A model generated the notes under the pieces. That model searched no databases and was not told the DNA's origin. It saw only the letters and a list, made by a program, of their open reading frames with translations. From NCBI RefSeq assembly GCF_001194135.2, contig NC_068987.1, positions 83,968,174-84,005,063 of the forward strand: DNA of 36,890 nt. The letters are read 5' to 3'. This document shows positions 12,223-22,822 of this stretch, in pieces. A program made the position numbers and the translations under genes. Source of the DNA: Octopus bimaculoides. Lineage: Eukaryota. Numbering within the stretch: position 1 is the first letter of the stretch; each line of letters opens with the position of its first letter.

Positions 12223-12656
12223 ATGTGTGTGTGCGTGTGTGTGTGTATACATATACACACCAAACACACATGCACACACACACACACACACTCACACACA
12301 CATATATGCAACACTCCATACATACAAACGCATAGAAGTATACAACTGTACAATTGTATATTTATACGTACACCTTCGAATCTATATTTACTTATGGGGA
12401 CAGCGATTAAATATCGCCTGAGGAGATACGTATGGATCTTATTATACAGGTAAATTGTTACCTAATTCAATTTAATTTAAATTCAAATTTAAATTTAAAT
12501 CCTGTATATATACGTAGATCTATATGTATTGAAACATTTGTAGCGATCATTGAAAAGCTGCCTAACTGTACTTACTTACTGTTCCTTTTGACTCTTTTAC
12601 TCTTTACTTGTTATATATGTCTCTCTCTCACACACACACTATACATATATATATAT

Positions 12657-12744
<88 letters not shown>

Positions 12745-13017
12745 GTATGTATGTATGTATGTATATATACACTCACTTACATATTCGTGTAGGCATACAG
12801 ACAGATGTATGTGGACACATACAAATATCCAAAACACATTTTCACATTCATGAATGCTTGCATGAAATCTTACTTGTGTGTGCAGAGCCATACACACCAT
12901 ATATATACACCCAAACGGATTTACGTAAGCACAAACACTTGTGCAAACTTTACATACGCACACACTCGCACAGAAGTACGAACATACATACATACGTACA
13001 TACGTACATACATACAT
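11990..13017. repeat. Compound microsatellite field (CA)n/(TA)n/(TG)n/(TACA)n
   Basis: Seen directly; source of the many spurious YI/HT/CV ORFs. Confidence 0.95.
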
Positions 13018-13654
13018 GCAGAGATGATTAGGTGTACTCTGAGAAGAATCCGTTCCACCAGAAGAAAATAAAAACCGAGAGACTTAAATTTCGTTCAGAA
13101 AAACCTCTTTCTGAGTTGGGGATCGGTTCTTTCCCAAGAGGAGAAACATTTGATAACTAAAACCAGAAGAACACACGTGCACGCAAATGAACGCACACAC
13201 ATGCGCCCTCCCACTTCCTCACATATTTCTGCGTATCAAGACTCACATTAAACAATGTTTCATTTAAGCAAAAATATAGGTCGTGAATTGAAGGCGATTT
13301 GGGTATTATTTGTAGTAGATTGAGCACATATCGCTGTCATTGCCGTCGTCGCTGCGTGTTATTTTCAATGATGCGATATAGCCAATACTAAAGCTAAGCT
13401 ATTTGTTTTTCCACTCTGAAATTTACTAAAAGAACTGTGTACTGTGTAGCTTTCGTTGAGAATAACATTAGCTCTCCCTCTCTCTTCTCTCTCTCCATTA
13501 TTCTTATCATATTTTCTATTTGCATAGATTCCCCATTTTAATATTCGGCCCTCATTTATCATATATTTCTTCTTGTTCATCGTTTCACCTTCTATTTATA
13601 AACTTCGATTGCTTCCATCACTTGTTTCCCCAACTTCTAACCGTCATGTGAGCA

Positions 13655-13790
13655 TATGGCGTGGTTGTTTGATTGCTTGGTTTCAGACCGTGAGATCGCA
13701 TGTTCGACACTAAGGCTGGGCTAAGCGTTTTGCTCTTCCGGCAACGGAGTTCGTTTTACATTGCTCCCGACCACAAGCCTGTAAAAGAGC
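13655..13790 (+). mobile_element. Old tRNA-SINE head remnant
   Basis: TGGCGTGGTTG A-box-like motif and ATGTTCGACAC B-box-like motif at tRNA spacing; heavily diverged. A similar remnant lies near 6502-6600. Confidence 0.45.
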
Positions 13791-14066
13791 AATAGTGAAA
13801 CTGGTATAAACTCTATACAGTTCTATCTATTTATCTATCTACCTCCCGATTTCTTAATTCTCACCTGCTAAGCGTGTGTGTGTGTAGAGTCTGTGCAAAC
13901 GATATAGAGGCCAACGGTTTATCTACAGATTCTGAATTTCAAGCCATTACAAGTTCTACTTTAAAGATATACGTGTTCGACATTATCAGTGCTGGTGTCT
14001 TCTGGTTTCTCTTCAAATTGTTGAACTTCCCTCATTACACATACATGCATATATATGTGTGTACAT

Positions 14067-14515
14067 AGGGCAAGTATCTTTTACTGTAGTCTCAGAGCGA
14101 CTAAAGGCTTGCGAGTGCATTTGGTAGACGGAAACTAAAAGAAGCCCATCGCATATAAATATATATATTAGACAAACTGAGATAGCAAAGCCAAAGTTGC
14201 GAGAAGTTTTCATGACATTTAGAAGGAAGCCTGGCACTTACTCTGTCGGTCTTTAGCTGAACCGCAAAGTCACAAGAATGTAAACAAACCAACGTCAGTT
14301 GCAAAGCGGGGATGGGGGAAAGCACAAAGTAGCACGCACACACCCACACACCCACGATGGGCTTCCACACAGTTTTCGTCTACCTAATTCTCTCATAGAG
14401 CATTGGCCAGCCCGTAAATACAATAGAAGGTATTGAACTAAATTGCCGCGCAGTGTGATTGAACCTGAGATCGCTTGATTGAAAATGGAGCGCCTTGACC
14501 ACGAAACTATGCCCA
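14067..14515. mobile_element. Two family C SINE remnants: 14067-14153 (+) and 14235-14515 (-)
   Basis: GGTAGACGGAAACTAAAAGAAGCCC on + and its complement near 14355-14385; 14235-14345 resembles the tail of the copy at 21589-22004. Confidence 0.7.
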
Positions 14516-14699
14516 ACAGACGGGTAGAAGTTGCTTATAGACGTAAATACCCATACTTCCATCCTGTTGATGTTGAAAGAAAAGACATTTGGTGTAGACT
14601 CAAGAACGCAAATTACGCTCTCTTAACAAATCTGTCATTCTACCGTCCTAGTCTGAGCTTCATTTGTTTTAATTCATTACTTTCTTTGATTCCAAATGG

Positions 14700-14930
14700 T
14701 GCATAGAGCGGCAACAAGAGTTCTCTGTCTCGATTTTAGGCGACGGCTTGCAGTTGTCACCCAGGTGTTGCTGCCTACCAGTACTACACATCCTATGGAC
14801 CTTCTCCACGTTGTTTTTAGTCTGCCACGCTTACCATGATAAAAGAAGGTTGTCTAACGTCGTAGCCTCCTCTCAGCTTTCACTACGTTGCTTCATGAGA
14901 TCTTTGTGGATTATCTCTCCTGACGAGGAA
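14700..14930 (-). mobile_element. RTE-clade LINE 3' coding remnant
   Basis: Minus strand reads HGKRGRLKTTWRRSI...NTWVTTASRR...RTLVAALC, resembling the RTE C-terminal GKR.RGRP..TWRR...TW...R..W...V.ALC pattern. Confidence 0.65.
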
Positions 14931-15336
14931 AGGTTTCGTATGTTCTAATGTTGATGTTTTAGTAGCAATGTAGAACATTGACAATGCAGGGCTGCTGTAT
15001 CTACGCCTATGAACCTCCTCCATTCAAAACCGGGCTTGGGAACGGTCACAGTGGAATTTCATTTATTTTATTGATCTCGAAACGGAAAAAAAAAAGAAAA
15101 AAATGGCTCTCACTGAAACTTGAACCCTGAACGCCTAGATCCTGAATAAATTACATTAACGTAATATAGAGACGCTCTACCGACTCTTCCCTTTCACTTA
15201 AAAGATGCGGAAACACAGACCAAAATATTTCCACTGTCTCCGTTTTATACTCAATCTCAAACTTAAATCTGTCAGAGTATTTTTGTAATTTCTTACGTGT
15301 TTTCATTATCACCATTTTCCAGTCATTCCTCCCCCA

Positions 15337-15368
<32 letters not shown>

Positions 15369-16061
15369 TCCCTTTTGTTTCTGTGTATCACATCCTCTTT
15401 CTTGTTTACTTCTAAAGTACCTCTCTCCTGACTACGGCCTACTATATCTTTACACTCCCCTCTCTCTCTGTTTCTTTATCAACTCCCTCTCCCCCTCCCT
15501 CTCTCACTATCATCCTATTTTTCTTCCTCACAACCTCTCTCTGTTCTCACTGTATTTCTCCAATCTCTTCTCAATATATCTCTCTATCCCACTCTTACAA
15601 TTTCAACTTTTACCCATCATGATATCTTCACTTTGCTTTTAACACTACGTCGATAAACGTCCTCTTTTCACCTATGCATTATCTCGCTTCATTATTTTCT
15701 CCTTTCATTTCAGCCATTCCTTTGTCCCATCATTCTTCACCATCTGCTTCTCCAACACGGATATTCTCTGTTATTGTTCCAATTTGATTGTAACGCAACT
15801 TCTGCCTGTGAGTTCCAAAGATGACTGCAATTCGCTAAAATGGCGAATCCAGCATGATTGCGTTTTCCTTAATAAATGGCGGTCCCTTGGCAGTTGAGTC
15901 GCCATCTTTCTCTTTACCACTTTGTTCTTGGTGTACGCACACACACGCACAAAAACACACACACACACACACACACACACATGCACATACATTTATAAAC
16001 ATGCATANNNNNNNNNNNNNNNNNNNNNNNNNNNNNNNNNNNNNNNNNNNNNNNNNNNNNN

Positions 16062-16094
<33 letters not shown>

Positions 16095-16632
16095 TATATG
16101 AATGTATATTTGCGTACGTATAATTATAGATGTATACACAAAGATATATATCTCCGTTTGTGTTTTTATACATATACATATACACATGTATATATTTCTC
16201 TGTATATACAGATATAAATATATGTGTGTATGTGTGTGTGTGTGTGAATGTTTCCTCAAATTCAGTTATTAGGTTATGTACCAGCTACACTTCAAATTTT
16301 CTGGCACTAATTTCACATATTCCATAAATACATACGTTTAGTTACATTATAAACATTTTACACTTCTTTGCTCTTAACGCCGTCCATCTGACATACACTC
16401 GTTTTTTTCTATTCACCTTCTTTCTTTCTTTCAAATGTACGAACCTTAGCAACACACTGAACTCTGGTTGCTTAAGGCTAAATGTATTTCGGAAATCATT
16501 ATAGTTTAATTTCATTTCAAATCTAATAGTGTTCTTTTCAGCGATGTGCTGGCACATTTTGCATAACAAGCTTCTACGAATTTCATAGCGAAAGCACATA
16601 CAGATCTCATTCATTCTCTGAGCGTTTGTCGA

Positions 16633-16633
<1 letters not shown>

Positions 16634-16707
<74 letters not shown>

Positions 16708-16710
16708 TAA
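16634..16710 (+). repeat. (TTA)n microsatellite
   Basis: Seen directly. Confidence 0.97.
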
Positions 16711-16760
16711 TAATAAAACCCAGAATAAAAACAACAACAACAATAGTAATAATAATGATA

Positions 16761-16971
16761 TTTTCTATTAAATGCACAGGGCCTGAAATTTGGGGCTAGT
16801 GGGCTAGTCGATTACATCGACTACGGTGTTTCACTGGTGCTTAATTTATCGACCCCGAGTGGGTGAACGACAAAGTCGACCTTAACGAAATCTAAACTCA
16901 GAACGCAAGGACGAACGAAATACCGCTAAGTACTTTGACCAGCGTGCTAACGATTTTGCCAGCTAGCCGCC
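16761..16971 (-). mobile_element. SINE family M (tail B)
   Basis: Head GGCGGCTAGCTGGCAAAATCGTTAGC on minus; abuts (TAA)n at 16973. Confidence 0.88.
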
Positions 16972-17013
<42 letters not shown>

Positions 17014-17481
17014 GTAAGTGCGACCATGAGATAGAGAACAGGAAGCCAGACATAGTCTTAAAGTGCGAGCGTGAGATAGAGAATAGGAAACCGGACATAG
17101 TCTTAATTGAGAAAGAAAACAAGCTATGATGGATCATAGATATAGCATGCCCAGCTGACAACAAGGTATGCAATGAGGAAGAAAGAAACGTCGAGAGATA
17201 TGACAGGTTAGCTTGGGAAGTTAAACAAGTGTGGTCGATGAAAAAGGTAGGAGGAGTACCAATAATTGTCGGAGTCCTGGGAACAGTGAGCAAAAATCTC
17301 GAGAAGTACGTGGAACAAACAGGGGCTGCAATAAGTGTGGAGCACTTGCAGAAAAGAGCACTGCTTGGAACTGCTCGAATACTCCGAAAGGTGCTCGAAA
17401 AATAAGAGATGTTACTTTAGTTCACTGGTAGTGAACAGCTGACACTGTAGTACATCTCCAGCGTTAGCAGCTGTGAAAGGC
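17014..17481 (+). mobile_element. 5'-truncated R4/Dong LINE (endonuclease, C-terminus, 3' UTR) with (TAA)n on both sides
   Basis: One frame with a single premature TGA: ...RKPDIVLIEKENKL*WIIDIACPADNKV...RYDRLAWEVKQVWSMKKV..VPIIVGVLGTV...LQKRALLGTARILRKVLEK* (stop 17403-17405). PD...D restriction-like endonuclease motif. TAA arrays at 16973-17013 and 17482-17545. Confidence 0.93.
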
Positions 17482-17535
<54 letters not shown>

Positions 17536-17580
17536 TATAATAATAACAATAGTGATAAAAGCAATGTCAATGCTGAGAAT

Positions 17581-17757
17581 TTTTTCTACTATAGGCACAA
17601 GGCCTGAAATTTGGTAGGAGGGGACTAGTCGATTATATCGACACCAGTGTTTCACTGGTACTTGATTAATCGACCCCAAAAGGATGAAAAGGAAAGTCGA
17701 CCACGGCAGAATGTGGAAACATGAAATATAGCTAAATATTTCGTATGATCGCTGCCT
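17581..17757 (-). mobile_element. SINE family M (tail B), internally deleted
   Basis: CTGGTACTTGATTAATCGACCCCAAAAGGATGAAAAGG central domain and tail-B sequence. Confidence 0.8.
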
Positions 17758-17761
17758 TATA

Positions 17762-17797
<36 letters not shown>

Positions 17798-17961
17798 GAT
17801 ATTGGTGGTGGTGGTAGTAGTAGTAGAGGCTCTATTAGCTGTGATGCTATCTTGAGGTTTGTTGACAAGTCTACTAAACTCTCAAGAATATCAGAATTCT
17901 TCTAGAATTACAAAATTATACTTATCTGTAGATCAACAATGCAAATCTCAGTTCGAATATC

Positions 17962-18186
17962 TTTTTTTTTTATTGCCCGCAAGGGGCTAAACATAGAGGG
18001 ACACAAACAAGGACAGACAAAGGGATTAAGTCGATTACATCGACCCCAGTGCGTAACTGGTACTTAATTTATCGACCCCGAAAGGATGAAAGGCAAAGTG
18101 GAACTCGGCGGAATTTGAACTCAGAACGCAACAGCAGGCGAAATACCGCTAAGAATTTCGCACGGTGTGCTAACGTTTCTGCCAGC
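17962..18186 (-). mobile_element. SINE family M (tail A) with 16-bp TSD and poly(A) tail
   Basis: TCTCAGTTCGAATATC at 17946-17961 and 18187-18202; T-run at 17962-17971. Confidence 0.95.
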
Positions 18187-18289
18187 TCTCAGTTCGAATA
18201 TCCTTCAACTATTTAGGAAGCAAGCTGGTTATTGTGCAGAATACACCAGTTACCCCAGGAATAATTGTTGTCATAGCATTCCACAATCT

Positions 18290-18490
18290 CTTCATCCCTC
18301 TGGCTGGATCTTGATATCTCAATTTTTTTTTTCAATTTCTCTGATATCCACCCTGTTATCAAATGGTATTGCATAGTATATCGTCTTACACTGTTTCTTT
18401 TGCTCTCCGTAACCTGATGTCCTTGCTTCATTATTATGATCAAATCGTTATGCGGAAGTCCCGTAGCATACCGTAATTCTGTCACGACCT
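18290..18490 (-). mobile_element. Possible RTE 3' coding remnant
   Basis: LRYATGLPHNDLIIIMKQGHQVTESKRNSVRRY..ITGWI loosely fits the RTE pattern LRY.GH..R.....I.QG.V.G.R.RGRP; weak. Confidence 0.35.
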
Positions 18491-18520
18491 CTGACTCGTC
18501 TTCATATAACTTATTCTTAT

Positions 18521-18690
18521 TTCTTATTTCTTTACTACCCACAAGGGGCTACACACAGAGGGGACAAACAAGGACAGACAAACGGATTAAGTCGATTACA
18601 TCGACCCCAGTGCGTAACTGGTACTTATTTAATCGACCCCGAAAGGATGAAAGGCAAAGTCGACCTGGGCGGAATTTGAACTCACAACGT
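18521..18690 (-). mobile_element. SINE family M (tail A), 5'-truncated, (GAAATAA)n-like tail
   Basis: Near-identical to 17972-18130; tail reads AAAGAAATAAGAAATAAGAATAAG on minus. Confidence 0.92.
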
Positions 18691-18894
18691 AATAATATAT
18701 CATATCATCAGCCACTAAGGGACATGCTCAACTATTTAAAGTCAAACAAGTGACAAGTGAATCTGTGGTATTGAGCAGAATATTTACTGTAGCCCATCTT
18801 TTTATATCAAGTCAAAACAATGTACATGATACCACTTCCAATCAGTTAAGGTCAGAAGCCATGAGAGCCACTGCCTGGTACTGCATCAGGACAT

Positions 18895-18926
18895 TCATCA
18901 TCATTATCATCATCAACATCATCATT

Positions 18927-18997
<71 letters not shown>
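18895..18997 (+). repeat. (TCA)n microsatellite, (TGA)n on minus, at the 3' end of a Dong fragment
   Basis: Seen directly. Confidence 0.97.
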
Positions 18998-19510
18998 ATT
19001 TTAGGCTTTTGCTTCGTACTTGTACATGTTGACTCGAAGTCTCAAGCAGAAATATCAAGAGACAATAAGCTAGAATTTAAAGGAGGTGTTAGGACTAGGT
19101 AGCCATAATTTTGGTTTTGCACAAAGTATTGTTCTATGTAATGTCTATGAAAACATAAGAAACTTAGAAATTCGTTTGGTAGGTAATTTGATTATAAAAT
19201 GATAATGTTGTGTTAATATGACAGTAAAAGGTGTTTCGTATAATGTACATTTAAAAGTACTTTTGACACATTTTCAGATTAAAATGTTTCTGGGAGTACA
19301 AAGGCAATATTTTTTCTTTCTTTTTTTTTTTGCAGGATATGAGCAGTTCCCATCAGTATTATTTTTTGTATTTCTTCCATTTTTGGATTACTGGTATCTG
19401 GGATAGGTAGCAATCATCCCCTTTTTGCTATCACCCCTAGAGCACCTATTACAACAGGTATTGTTTTAGTCTTGAGGTTCCACATTTTACCAATTTCTAT
19501 TCTAAGATCT
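18998..19510 (-). mobile_element. R4/Dong LINE 3' end with long 3' UTR
   Basis: Minus strand reads KDLRIEIGKMWNLKTKTIPVVIGALGVIAK...PKMEEIQKIILMGTAHIL, starting immediately after (TAA)n at 19511-19545. Confidence 0.85.
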
Positions 19511-19545
19511 TTATTATTATTATTATTATTATTATTATCATTATT

Positions 19546-19691
19546 TGATGAAAACTCTCAGCTTATTTTGCTGGGTATGCTGGAAAGTGTCAGTTGTTCA
19601 TATTCAGTAGACTAAGGTGACACTTGTTTTCTTGTCATGCTTCAAGAAACCTTGCGAAGGATTCCCGTAGTTCTAAGCAATGCTGATTTTT

Positions 19692-19692
<1 letters not shown>
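19546..19692 (-). mobile_element. Very short (147 bp) R4/Dong 3' end between two (TAA)n arrays
   Basis: QKSALLRTTGILRKVS* plus a 3' UTR alignable to 17406-17481; arrays at 19511-19545 and 19693-19747. Confidence 0.82.
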
Positions 19693-19747
<55 letters not shown>

Positions 19748-21120
19748 GTCAGTATTCTTGTAAACCGGTTTTTGTTGGATTTGCTTCTTGCAGCCTAAGT
19801 TACCATGCTTGTTGTTCTCTTCAACAATCTAATACTTTCTTTATTATAATGGTCACAACAAGGAAGCGAAAACCTTTTGCAAGATCTCTACTGGACACTC
19901 TATTCCCATTCCCTTCCTAATCCTCCCAATACCTTTTGATATTCACTCAAGGCCCCAACAATAATTGGCACTATCTCCACCTTTTTCATTTTCCATAGTC
20001 GATCTATTTCGTATTTAAGAGGACTGTATGTGTCTATTTCCCCCCTTCCTTCTTAAACACTCATGCCTCAAATGGGTACGCAACATTAATCACAGAGCAC
20101 AAGTGTTTTACTTTTTGCACCACGACTATATCCAACTTATTGTGGTCAAGCACCTGGTCCGTTTGGATTGGGAAATGCCATAGGATTTGGCAAGTCTCAC
20201 ACGTACCACGTTTTGTCTCTCACACAATTTCCTATGCAGCACTCTTGCTACCTCATCACGTCGCCATAACTCATACTGGATATGAGCAATGGTTTCGTCA
20301 AATCCATTACAAATTCGGCACAAGTGAGGCTCTTGCTCATTTCTATGGTTGGTACTCCAAATTGTGAGCAAACCTTGATCTTACACTGAAAGCATAAAAC
20401 TCTTAACCCATTACCTCCCATAATTCTATTAACTGGAATTTTTTAATGAAACTTTTATTTCTAGCATAAAACAGCCTTAGAAACACGCTGGAATGATCAA
20501 AATAACATTTCAAAACAACATTTTAAATAGAAATAAGCGAGATATTGAGTGGAAAATTAGCAAACCACATTTGAATATCAGGGAAATATACTTAGTAGAT
20601 ATAACAAAAAGGTTAGATTTGTGTAAATATTGACAGATAATTACGAAATTTGTAATTTTGAAGTGATATCATATGAGATCACTACTAGGTAATGGGTTAA
20701 TCTCCTTTTTAGGCGTTTCTTTCTTTAACCAATCCCACCTACGTTCTCCAACAACTTCGGTTGTGGCTACATAGAATCGATTGAGTAGTGCTTCATCATG
20801 TCCGTGTACTCATTGTTTTGTTCTTTTCTTCTCACTATGTTATCATGTTCAATATGTACGCAGGCTTATCATTCCGTTTCTTCCATTTACCCTCTTCATG
20901 CATACACGATCAATATCTGCACGTGGATGATGGGCTCCTTGTATGTTTAAGGGCTTTCTTGTTTTCTGTTAAACTCCTTTAACTCGTCTTTTGTCCACTC
21001 TAAAACAAGAAGCAAAAACCGTGAGAGTATTGTATAGAAAGTCTTGCCGTACTTGTTCCAAGTCTCTGTACTTTGCGTTCAAATCTCATCGACGTCAAAT
21101 GTACCTATCATCCTCACAAG
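19748..21120 (-). mobile_element. Degenerate R4/Dong LINE (RT thumb, zinc knuckle, endonuclease, 3' end), interrupted by a MITE
   Basis: LEWTKDELKEFNRK and GAHHPRADIDRVCMKR.NGRNGMISL near 20880-21010; CRICNGFDETIAHI knuckle near 20290-20335; ILWHFPIQTDQVLDHNKLDIVVV and KYEIDRLWKMKKVEIVPIIVGAL near 19950-20200; ends in (TAA)n. Confidence 0.88.
20407..20696. mobile_element. piggyBac-type MITE (290 bp)
   Basis: TTAA(20403-20406)|CCCATTACCT ... AGGTAATGGG|TTAA(20697-20700): perfect 10-bp TIR starting CCC, with TTAA TSD. Confidence 0.85.
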
Positions 21121-21504
21121 ATCTATAAAAATAAATACTGTTCTGTTTGCGGAACTAATAGAGGTCGGTCGGTATAAATCGAGTTACCTATTCTGGTTTA
21201 CTCGTTCTAGTATCAACGCCTGAGATGAGAGAGGTTCCAGTCTATAGCGATCTAAGTCGCTGGTCTTCATTTCGATAAACATTGCTGCGTTTAAAAAGGA
21301 GGTAAGCTTCATGTAAGGACAACTGCTACACTTTCCCAGATTATGTTTCTCTGATATTGAAAAGGAGGATAAGTTGCAAGATATGTCAGACTGAGAAAAT
21401 GAGTTGCAGTGGGGAGTGGGGTGTTCGAATGATGACATGCGGGTGTATATGAAAATACGTCAAAGACAGATTCGATGATTTTAGGGCCTCATGTTTGCTT
21501 AGAT

Positions 21505-21805
21505 CAGTAGTCCTCAACCAGGGCCTATATTATCCTCGTGTGTGTGTGTGGGGGGGGCGTCCATATAATATTTTGTCAGTGAAATATATTCTTTTATTCT
21601 TTTACTTGTTTCAGACATTTCACTGCGGCCATGCTGGAGCAGCGCCTTTAGTCGAGCAAATCAACCTCAGGACTTACTCTTTGTAAGCCTAGTGCTTATT
21701 CTATCGGACTCTTTTGCCAAACCGCTAAGTTACGGGTATGTAAAGACACTAGCATCGGTTATCGAGCGAAGGTGGGGGGACAAACACAGACACAAAAACA
21801 TATGC

Positions 21806-21851
<46 letters not shown>

Positions 21852-22195
21852 GACGGGCTTCTTTCAGTTTCCGTCTACCAAATCCACTCACAAGGGTTTG
21901 GTCGGTCCGACGATATAGTAGAAGACGCTTGCCCAAGGTACCATGGAGTGGGACTGAACGCGGAACCGTGTGGTTGGGTGACAAGCTACTTACCACACAG
22001 CCATGTACAATAAATGTTTTCTATTTTCATAATACACAAAATACCTTCATTTTTTTTTCAAATACACTTCCTAATAATATTTAATTATAAGAATAAAATA
22101 GTTTTTTTTTAAACATTGACTGATTACAGGGGTTCACCCGAATGAAATAAGAATGAAAAGGGTCGATTGGAATAAAAAATGGTTGGGGACCACTA
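21505..22195. mobile_element. hAT-type (Charlie-like) MITE interrupted by a SINE
   Basis: TIRs CAGTAGTCCTCAACCA and TGGTTGGGGACCACTA (13/16 match); 8-bp flanks GCTTAGAT (21497-21504) and GCTTAAAT (22196-22203) match 7/8 with central TA. Confidence 0.75.
21589..22004 (-). mobile_element. Full-length family C SINE with internal (TA)n and long 3' module
   Basis: Head at 22004-21851, (TA)n at about 21805-21850, 3' module ending GCCGCAGTGAAATGTCTGAAACAAGTAAAAGAATAAAAG on minus. Fragments of the same module lie near 29490-29530 (-) and 30900-30975 (+). Confidence 0.88.
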
Positions 22196-22319
22196 GCTTA
22201 AATGGACGGGTCTTCTCGAGTATAGCGAATCACCAATCTCAGCTCTTTTACATGACCTCCATTAGGTTCAACTCCCGAAATATAGTTCATAAACATGTAT
22301 ATATGTCGTATTATTATTA

Positions 22320-22822
22320 TGAGGGTGAGTCAAAAAGTAATGCCATTTTGTTTAGGACAGGTAAAATAACCAACACAAGAACATGTATCAAACATCAAAA
22401 TGATGCTGGTCCTCTGTGGATTACATCCCTACTTCTCAACATAGTCACCATTTCTCTCAATAGCAATGTTTCACCTTCGAATGAGAACATGTATCACTGC
22501 CCCGTAAAATTCTGTTGACTGTTCTCTGAGCCACTTCTTCACTACAGTTTTTACTCCCTTGTCACTGGGCTATCTCATCTCTTCGGCCCCATGAAAGAGG
22601 GTTTGAGAGGCAAACATTATTCTAGTGACGAGAATTTTACGGGGCAGGGATACATGTTCTCATTCGAAAGTAGAACATTGCTATTGAGAGAAACGGTGAC
22701 TATGCTGAGATAGGGATGTGATCCACAGAGGACCAGCTTCATTGTGATGTATGATACATGTTCCTGTGTTGGTAATTATACCTGTCCTAAACAAAATGGC
22801 ATTACTTTTTGACTCACCCTCG
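22320..22822. mobile_element. Mariner-derived foldback element (503 bp) built from two 3' ends
   Basis: TA|TGAGGGTGAGTCAAAAAGTAATGCC ... GGCATTACTTTTTGACTCACCCTCG|TA; arms about 22320-22513 and 22631-22822. Both arms encode the mariner C-terminus (FYGA.IHVLIR.*NIAIERNGDY); the centre encodes HLFGPMKEGLRGKHYSSDE (+) and VKTVVKKWLREQSTE (-). Confidence 0.93.

Noticed and set aside
21184-21438. 84-aa ORF with GKCSSCPYM, reminiscent of the Penelope pre-GIY-YIG CxxC
   Set aside because: No GIY/YIG motifs follow; the evidence is insufficient.
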